A DNA stretch of 44,392 nucleotides, counting the filler, from an uncultured Methanosarcinales archaeon (GTDB lineage Archaea > Nanobdellota > Nanobdellia > Woesearchaeales > JACPBV01): assembly GCA_964492935.1 (NCBI GenBank). It is 12 parts of 12 records of this genome, joined end to end, with 100 filler letters (N's around TTAATTAATTAA, not from the genome) between each part and the next. Parts side by side here need not be neighbours in the genome. Positions count along the whole stretch, not along the records: positions 37,043 to 38,976 come from CAZBLF010000054.1; positions 39,077 to 40,816 come from CAZBLF010000055.1; positions 40,917 to 42,611 come from CAZBLF010000056.1; positions 42,712 to 44,392 come from CAZBLF010000057.1; 8 more parts are not named here. One strand, given 5' to 3'. The position numbers and the translations under genes are program-made. How positions within the stretch are numbered: position 1 is the first letter of the stretch; the number at the start of each line of letters is the position of its first letter. Below, in pieces: positions 37,291-44,392 of this stretch. The notes beneath the pieces are model-generated. The model did not search any database, was not told the DNA's origin, and was given only the letters and a program-made list of their open reading frames with translations.

Positions 37291-37476
37291 TTGATCGGAA
37301 TGGAAAAGGATAATGAATTTTTGGGGATTATGTTTCAGTGTTGCAACATTTATCGCCGTATTTATGTCAATAAAGGGGGTAACGGGTATGAAGGTCGATG
37401 CCCCAAATGTTTTACCGTGGTAAAAGTCCTTATTGGTCCTGGAGGCTCCGACAATAGAATTTTCCGCTCCCGTTGA
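37291..37476 (+). CDS. Small Zn-ribbon-like protein
   Basis: FQCCNIYRRIY...YEGRCPKC. Confidence 0.65.
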   Translation: MIGMEKDNEFLGIMFQCCNIYRRIYVNKGGNGYEGRCPKCFTVVKVLIGPGGSDNRIFRSR

Positions 37477-37624
37477 CCTGAGTGTAGCTAATTTTTACAA
37501 ATCAGAAATTTTACGATTAAAAATTTTCGATGAAAATCGAATTACAGGAGGTTCCCCTGATCAAGATACTTTAGCAATCTGGAAAAGATGTGGTTTAAAA
37601 TACCCATCTTCATACTCTGCTTTC

Positions 37625-38976
37625 TTAAGAATTCTCTTCGCTATATATCTTTTTGACTAAGGACGATAACTCATCCATAGAAACTTCATCCTTCCTTACC
37701 ATGCCAGCTACATTCTTTTCTAAAAGTTCTCGCTGAACATCTGTTAAGTCCTTACCTGAATACACTAAGATTGGTGATCGTTCTTCGGCGGAGAAATCTT
37801 GCATATAGGCTTCTATAAATTCAAAACCGTCCATCCTGGGCATCTCTAAATCGAGAACTATTAATGACGGTTTGGTTGATAATTTTTCAAGACCTTCTTT
37901 TCCGTCTTTTGCAGTTTCAGCTATCCATCCAGAGTCCTTGAGCATCCTTGATAAAAGGTCTCTCACGTCCGCGTCATCATCTATCACCAAGACGTTTTTT
38001 CCTGTTGCGGCACCTCCCATTAGACGTGTAACGGTCGCTAAGAAGAGATCTTTGTCTATAGGTTTTGTGAGGTAATCATCTGCACCTAAAGATTTAGACA
38101 AAATATCTTGAGAAAAATGACTGACCATAATGATTGACATGTCTGCTAACTCAGGATTGGATTTACATTCCTTTAAGATTGACCAACCGTCCCTGCCGGG
38201 CATGAGTACATCCAATAAAAGCATTTTGGGCTTCATTTCCCTTACCATTTGCATGCCCTTCTCGCTGTCAGTTGCGCCTACAAGCGTTAAGCCTATTTTT
38301 GATAGCGATCTTCTTATTAAATCGTGCATAATCACATCATCATCTATAAGCACAACCACCTTTTCGCTTTCTTCAAGATTAACAATAGCGTTCCCTTCTT
38401 CCACTTCATCAAACTCTTGTGCGCATTCTCGCGGGAGGTAAAGTGTAAACACAGACCCTTCACCTACGACGCTTGTTACTTTGACATCCCCACCCATCAG
38501 CTCAGCAAGTTTTTTACTTATTGGTAATCCAAGTCCTGTTCCACCATGCTTTGCTGAAGTGGATCTTTCCGCTTGTTCATATTCTCTGAACATCTTGCTT
38601 AGACCCTCTTCTGACATACCTTCCCCAGTATCAGATACAGCAAACCTAATCATCTCAATTTCATCTTGGAGAAAAGTATCGACATCAAGCGTTATTGTTC
38701 CATTGGATGTAAATTTAAACCCGTTGCTCAAGAAGTTTGTCAAACATTGCCTTATCTTTGTTTCGTCTTGATTCATTGTTCCCAATTGATAAACTAAGTT
38801 AACAACAAAGCTATTATTGTTGGGGATTGCCAACGGTCCTGCTACGTCTTCAATTGTCTCTATCATGGATTCTATTTCGAAGCTTGTTATATAGAGCTCC
38901 ATTCTACCAGCCTCGATTTTTGATATGTCCAGGATGTTATTGATCAAGGACAGCAAATGACTTCCAGCTGAAGTTA
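37625..38976 (-). CDS. Hybrid sensor histidine kinase with two receiver domains (5' partial)
   Basis: LINNILDISKIEAG, N-box NFLSNGFKFT, DTGEG, GGTGLGL; two REC domains. Confidence 0.93.
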
Positions 38977-39076
38977 NNNNNNNNNNNNNNNNNNNNNNNN
39001 NNNNNNNNNNNNNNNNNNNNTTAATTAATTAANNNNNNNNNNNNNNNNNNNNNNNNNNNNNNNNNNNNNNNNNNNN

Positions 39077-40806
39077 CTCACTGTTCTTTCGTCACTTTCG
39101 ATAAATAATGCAAGAGAAACTGGGAAATGACCCATGATAAATGTCGCATATTTATTTTTTTTACTTTTTCGCCTAACCACTCCTGAAATGAGTAGCTTTC
39201 CTTCATTTTTGAAAATTGATTCAGGATGACTCTCTTCTACAGCTTTGAAAATTTTTCCCCATAAGAGAGACGCTTTCTCCTTATCTGTCTCCGATTTCCA
39301 AGCACTAGTTGACGATCGCTCAATTGTCTCCGTTGCTATACTTGTCACGTCTGACATTTCGAGCAGCCTTTTTAGTTCCTCGTCAGATACTTCGATCGCA
39401 GAACTTTCTGAACTCTCACTTTCTCCGCCAGCAAACATGTTTAACAACGCAGAAACTTGATTCGCTTTCGGTCTTAATTCTTCGGAGGCATAACAAATTC
39501 TGAACAACGCCAATTCCCATGGATCATCCCAGAGTGAACCACCTTCAACGCTTTTTTTTGCTTCCTCATATCCATCCATTTCCTTCTCTTTCCCAAGAGT
39601 TTTACGCTTCGCAAACTCGTCATCCCACTTACTAAACTCTGTATTTTCTTTTAGGATTTTGTAGATTTCTGGATACGCAATCTGACAACAAACAAGAGCA
39701 AATAACCGAAGGCAACCATCTGGGGTCCTGAGAACGTCATCTTTACTTATATGCCCAGCAATTCTTCTAATTAGAGATAGGTTGTTTACCATTCTTTTTA
39801 TAGATCTTGGATTTCCCCCAATGGTGCATTCCATTACTTTTGTGACAGTATCTATTATTTTTGGGTCGTTACCTTTTCTCTCTTCAAGGTAACCGACTTG
39901 ATTCAGTAATTTGACAACATAACCACCGATATCGAGCCCCTCCGCAGGCATTGTGAACGGTAACTGAATAATCTTGTCAAAGAAGAACCGATATTCCCGC
40001 TCGTTTTGATCGCTTTTCTCTCCATATTTTGCCCTGAGACCTTTTACAACTACCTGATAGTCGATTGCTAGCACAAACACGCAGTGCTTAAGACTAAAGA
40101 TATTCTTGAGCAGTTCTAGCATTTTCACAGCTATTGTTGGATCTAATCGATCCAGATCATCAATGTAGACAACAAATTTCTTATCTGAACCACTAGTACA
40201 AATATTTTCTATGACACTCTGAAGTTCCTCGCGAAGTTGCTTTACAGAATTTGCAGGTTTGTTTTCGATCAGGTCCCGTACAGCTTGTTCTGCGGCTACT
40301 CCTCCAAATACTGCAGTTGTCATACGTAATCCACTTTTGGCTAAGTTTTCAGTATGTTTCTTTATTTTGTTCCATGTTTCTTGCCCCTGATCGCTAAACG
40401 CTAGAATCTCTAATGTGACGTGCTGAATAATCTTGATTAAAGCTTCTTCAGGGGTTGCCATCAGGGAGTGCTCCCAAGAATTGACCCAAATATTTACGTA
40501 TGACCCAGCTTTTTTGTTTTCTACCCACTCGTTTTGCATTCCTTCCTTGGCAGCTTTCGTATCTTTTCCGGGTTTCTTGATATCGTGTTGTTCATAGCCT
40601 CCAAGTGATTTCCAAAGGTGATTCATAAGGGTGGTCTTTCCGCTTCCCCAATTACCTTGTACACCTATAGTCATTGGCGTATCGGTATGACGTATAAAAT
40701 CCGCTAAAGCGTTGTAATAGCCGACTACCTTCAGGCCATCCTTGCCTTGATTTTCGGATCGAAATTCCGGCTCATCGACTATTCCTACTATAGACCGTTT
40801 GTTCAT
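39077..40806 (-). CDS. KAP-family P-loop NTPase (3' partial)
   Basis: GNWGSGKT, VVYIDDLDRL, FFDKIIQLPF, NPRSIKR. Confidence 0.9.
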
Positions 40807-41011
40807 CGCGCATTACNNNNNNNNNNNNNNNNNNNNNNNNNNNNNNNNNNNNNNNNNNNNTTAATTAATTAANNNNNNNNNNNNNNNNNNNNNNNNNNNN
40901 NNNNNNNNNNNNNNNNAATATTTGATAAAATTCCAGAAAAATCGAGGCTAATTATCGACTATGCACATACATTCACACAACATTTTTATACTGTAAAAAT
41001 TATTGGATGGT

Positions 41012-42379
41012 ATGGGAGCGATTGATGACTATATCAAGAATAAGATCGACCAAGGGTTTAGTTCTGAAGTGATTAGGAGAGAGTTATTGAACGATTATCC
41101 GAAAGCTGAGGTAAATAAGGCTTTTGCTTCTTATAAGGATGCTCCTGATTACACGTGGGCGTGGGCTATTATTGGTATTGTTGTCGTTATTTTTGTGGCT
41201 GCGCTGCTGATTAAACTTACTCCTAGTGGAGATTCTTTAGTTGCTGATACCCCTCCAACTGTAACTCAGAATGAAGTAGAACCTCTGCCTTTGGAAGTTG
41301 GTGTTGTGCCTAATTGTGACGAGTATTGTGGCAAGATTATGGGTGTTTGTGCCGATCATCCTCAGTATCCGGATGAGCGTGCCTGCTTGCTGCAATGTGA
41401 GGATCATCTTACGAATGCAGGAACCTTAGAGGATTATGGTGATAACACCCTAGGATGTAGGCTAGTACATACGGCGAATGCTGAGCGTTCCAATCCGGAG
41501 GTGCATTGTTACCATGCAGGCTTGTTTGGAGGCAATATCTGTGGTGAGTGGTGCGAGAATTACTGTTCTCTTAGTGCGAGTGTTTGCACAGGAGAGGATA
41601 CTCTTTACGGTTCTTCTGGGGAATGTATGGATTCTTGTCGATCGCTTTCTAAGAATAGTAATTTAGGTGATTCTTCTGGTGATACGGTTCAATGTAGGAT
41701 GGAACAATTGCGATTAGCTATTGATGATAGCTCTTTTTGTTCTGGAGCTGCTCCGGAAAGTGCTGTTTGTATTGCTGAACCGGAACCGAGCTGTGATGAG
41801 TATTGCGGAAGGGTTGTTGATGTTTGTGGAACTACTGGGGAGGATGCTCAATATGAAAGTGAACGTGCCTGCCTTGATTTTTGTTCAGCTGAAGATATTC
41901 CCATAGGATCACGAGAGGATACGACAGGTAATAGTCTTGGATGTCGTTTGTCTCATCTTATTATAGCGGAGACGGTTGATACCGTTATTCATTGTCCTCA
42001 TGCTGGAAAGACTGGAGCTGATGTGTGTAGTGATAGGATATCTCTTGAGCCTTTGTCAACCGCTACCGATACTGAGGAGGTTACTATCCGCATTGCGGAT
42101 ATGGCTTTTACTCCTCTTTCTGTTGAGATTTCGGTAGGGACGAAAGTTACCTGGATCAACGATGATACACTTCCTCATCGTGTTACCGATCGTTATGGCT
42201 ACATTCGCTCTCCTACGTTGTATCAAACTGAAACTTTTAGCAAGACGTTTACCGAAGTCGGTACGTATGAGATTAATTGCGCTATTCATCCTTCTATGCA
42301 GCATACTATTGTTGTTGCTGGTGAGCAGTTAGCTCCAGCTAGGAACCTTTTTGATGTTATTAGGGATATCTTTACCTAA
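41012..42379 (+). CDS. Membrane-anchored protein with three Cys-rich repeats and a C-terminal plastocyanin-like domain
   Basis: TM at about aa 50-70; C-x2-YC...C...G[DN]x[LV]xCR repeats; HRV...CAIHPSM type-1 copper ligands. Confidence 0.85.
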   Translation: MGAIDDYIKNKIDQGFSSEVIRRELLNDYPKAEVNKAFASYKDAPDYTWAWAIIGIVVVIFVAALLIKLTPSGDSLVADTPPTVTQNEVEPLPLEVGVVPNCDEYCGKIMGVCADHPQYPDERACLLQCEDHLTNAGTLEDYGDNTLGCRLVHTANAERSNPEVHCYHAGLFGGNICGEWCENYCSLSASVCTGEDTLYGSSGECMDSCRSLSKNSNLGDSSGDTVQCRMEQLRLAIDDSSFCSGAAPESAVCIAEPEPSCDEYCGRVVDVCGTTGEDAQYESERACLDFCSAEDIPIGSREDTTGNSLGCRLSHLIIAETVDTVIHCPHAGKTGADVCSDRISLEPLSTATDTEEVTIRIADMAFTPLSVEISVGTKVTWINDDTLPHRVTDRYGYIRSPTLYQTETFSKTFTEVGTYEINCAIHPSMQHTIVVAGEQLAPARNLFDVIRDIFT

Positions 42380-42751
42380 GTTACTTCTCAGAACTCTCTT
42401 CTTCTCCGAAATCTTCGGAGTCGTCAGGGTGTGCTTCAGGTTTTGGTGTTTCTTTCTTTACTTCTTCCTTTTCTTCCACTACCTTTTCCTTTGGCTCTAC
42501 TTTTCTTGCTTTTGCTAATTTCTTTCCCTTTGTTTTCTTCTCTTCTTCGAGGTGGATTGCTTCTTTTTCTAAAAGAAGAATGAGATTTAGACTAGTGAAA
42601 ATTTAATTGCGNNNNNNNNNNNNNNNNNNNNNNNNNNNNNNNNNNNNNNNNNNNNTTAATTAATTAANNNNNNNNNNNNNNNNNNNNNNNNNNNNNNNNN
42701 NNNNNNNNNNNTTTAGCAGACTAGATATATGTTAATTTGGGCTCTAAAAAA

Positions 42752-42855
42752 ATTGGATTTAACATCTTTTAAGCGAATTTCTTTCAGATGTAGGGCACTT
42801 GCCATTTGGCAGTGTCCAGTCTGAAACTCTTGAATTCTTGCTTTAGAGATGTTAT
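42752..42855 (-). other. Recombinase-proximal foldable attachment site, copy 2
   Basis: TAACATCTTTTAAGC pairs 13/15 with GCTTTAGAGATGTTA (42840-42854); inner GAATT/AATTC and TTTCAGA/TCTGAAA; central hairpin identical to copy 1. Confidence 0.65.
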
Positions 42856-42948
42856 GAGGGGGAAATTGGGTTTCACTTGCCACTTGCCAGGTGGGGGCGC
42901 AGGGTATATAAGGTGAGTTCTTCGCTTTAGTTGTATGAGGTGATTGGG

Positions 42949-43827
42949 ATGAACGTATTTCATCAGGTAAAACGAGAAAAAGGGATTAGACAGAAGGATA
43001 GATTGAAGGAGAGGTTTGCTGGATTTGTGGATGACTTACGATTACAGGGATTTAGTCGGAATACTATTGATTCTTATCTTTGGACGGTTGGGAAATTTAT
43101 GGATACTGTTTCGAAGCCGGCGAAGTTTGTTACTTCCTCAGATATTAAGAAGTATTTGTTGGTGTTGCTTGATCGGAAGAAGGCGGAACGTACGGTTAAT
43201 TTGGCACTTAGTGCGTTGAAGGCTTATTTTGGTGGATTTATGGGGAAGAACTTGTTCAGGAGTATTAAGCGGGCTAAGATTCCTCAGAGTTTACCTCGTG
43301 TGTTGGCAACTGAGGAGATTCAGATGATGATTAATCGTACTCGATCGGAGAAGCATAGGTTGATGATTCGATTGTTGTATGAAACGGGGATTCGTGTGGG
43401 TGAATGTGTAGTGGTGAAGGTTGATCACATCCATGAGGTGGCTAAACTGTTGTTTATTCAGCGAGGTAAAGGGAAAAAGGATCGGTATGTACCGTTGCCG
43501 GATGGATTGTATTCGGATATGATGTCGTATCTGGCTTCCCGAAAACGTTCATCGGTCTATTTGTTTGAAAATAGTTTTGGTGGACATCTTACTCGAAGAA
43601 CGGCGCAAGCTGTTGTAGATGTTGCTGCGAAAAAGGCAGGGATTCACATGCACGTTCATCCGCACATGATGCGAGCTAGTTGTGTTACTCATCTTATGCA
43701 GAAAGGTGTTGAAATTGAGAAAATTCAGAAGTTGATGGGGCATGCAGATCGGAAAACGACTTTGGGTTATGCGCGATTGCCGCATGATTTTCACACTCGA
43801 GGTATTCCTGGACTGTTGGAAGAGTAG
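42949..43827 (+). CDS. Tyrosine recombinase, XerA/XerD-like (292 aa), copy 2
   Basis: Colinear close homologue of 5163-6041; all catalytic residues intact. Confidence 0.92.
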   Translation: MNVFHQVKREKGIRQKDRLKERFAGFVDDLRLQGFSRNTIDSYLWTVGKFMDTVSKPAKFVTSSDIKKYLLVLLDRKKAERTVNLALSALKAYFGGFMGKNLFRSIKRAKIPQSLPRVLATEEIQMMINRTRSEKHRLMIRLLYETGIRVGECVVVKVDHIHEVAKLLFIQRGKGKKDRYVPLPDGLYSDMMSYLASRKRSSVYLFENSFGGHLTRRTAQAVVDVAAKKAGIHMHVHPHMMRASCVTHLMQKGVEIEKIQKLMGHADRKTTLGYARLPHDFHTRGIPGLLEE

Positions 43828-43833
43828 ATTGCG

Positions 43834-44178
43834 TTGAGGTATAGTGGTTTTAGTTCTCGGTTAGGGAAGCGGACTATTTTGGAGAGGAGGATGCTTTCTT
43901 TTTTGCTTTCGTTGGGGTTTGTTGAAGGTACTGATTTTCATTGTGAGTACAAGCAGGTGTTGAGTAACGGTTCTGTTAGGATATTCGACTTTTATTTTCC
44001 TTCTCGGAAGATTGCTTTGGAAGCTGATGGTGCGTATTGGCATCGGAATGCGTGGAGGGATCATTTTAAGGATATTTCTTGTGGTTGGGATGGGATTCGG
44101 GTGATTCGGTTTACTGAAGAACATATTATGAATGCTCCTCTGCAGATTAAGACTCGGTTGCGGGCTTTATTCCTTTGA
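43834..44178 (+). CDS. DUF559 / Vsr-like endonuclease, copy 2
   Basis: DFYFPSRKIALEADGAYWH; starts 6 nt after the recombinase stop. Confidence 0.8.
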   Translation: MRYSGFSSRLGKRTILERRMLSFLLSLGFVEGTDFHCEYKQVLSNGSVRIFDFYFPSRKIALEADGAYWHRNAWRDHFKDISCGWDGIRVIRFTEEHIMNAPLQIKTRLRALFL

Positions 44179-44239
44179 ATCGAAGGATTTATATATTCCT
44201 AGTCTCAGTATGCAAGTATATCAAATTGAGGTGATTGTT

Positions 44240-44392
44240 ATGAAGAAAGTTTTCGTTGTATTGATGGTTATATTGGTTGCTGCGTTCTCAGCTTTTTTGG
44301 TGATTGCAGAATCGGATAGCTCAAATGAGACTCGGGATAGTACGAGTGATGTTGAGGATAAGGAGGATGCTACAGATGAAGTTTCTGAAGAA
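44240..44392 (+). CDS. Secreted protein, homologue of 2823-4310 (3' partial)
   Basis: MKKVFVVLMVILVAAFSAFLVIAESDSS... after a GAGGTGA SD. Confidence 0.75.
   Translation, partial: MKKVFVVLMVILVAAFSAFLVIAESDSSNETRDSTSDVEDKEDATDEVSEE

Noticed and set aside
41012..42379. Multiheme cytochrome
   Set aside because: No CxxCH motifs; the Cys spacing fits disulfide-rich repeats.
42380..42611. Lys/Glu-rich minus-strand reading frame at the contig end
   Set aside because: Looks like a gene tail, but an in-frame stop near the contig edge and no start prevent a supported call.
42712..42720. TTTAGCAGA matching the hairpin of the 19223/24963 repeat
   Set aside because: Only 9 nt at a contig edge; too short to link the elements.
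2980..44124. Numerous antisense or overlapping ORFs in the track (e.g. 3892-4551, 6716-7210, 13053-13655, 34220-34450)
   Set aside because: Mostly shadows of well-supported genes favoured by the strand skew; the rest have no motif or start-signal support.

Overview
This window is not contiguous DNA. It holds 12 contigs, apparently sorted by decreasing length and joined by 100-nt N/TTAATTAATTAA/N linkers: 1-6366, 6467-12824, 12925-19277, 19378-25017, 25118-29717, 29818-32304, 32405-34813, 34914-36942, 37043-38976, 39077-40816, 40917-42611 and 42712-44392. Most contigs look archaeal, probably DPANN/Woesearchaeota-like: topoisomerase VI, Spt4, archaeal ribK-ribC-ribH, an intron-containing tRNA-Arg, TATA boxes and a class III signal peptide protein. 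Four contigs (29818-34813, 37043-40816) look bacterial and may be bin contamination. The main observation is an apparent integron-like cassette platform built on a XerA-like tyrosine recombinase that lacks the IntI-specific insertion. It occurs in two diverged copies (5163-6041 and 42949-43827). Each copy is followed by a Vsr/DUF559 nuclease and preceded by a conserved ~97-nt foldable site ending in GATG|TTAAAT, shortly beyond which the copies diverge. Contig 1 also carries a complete ~1.75-kb cassette-like unit (5-1749) with two convergent self-promoted genes. Its ends can pair through six nested inverted arms, and its small hairpins have GNA triloops on the bottom strand. It ends in an attC-like site whose predicted crossover truncates mdh. 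All protein calls come from motif recognition by eye; no searches or folding programs were run.
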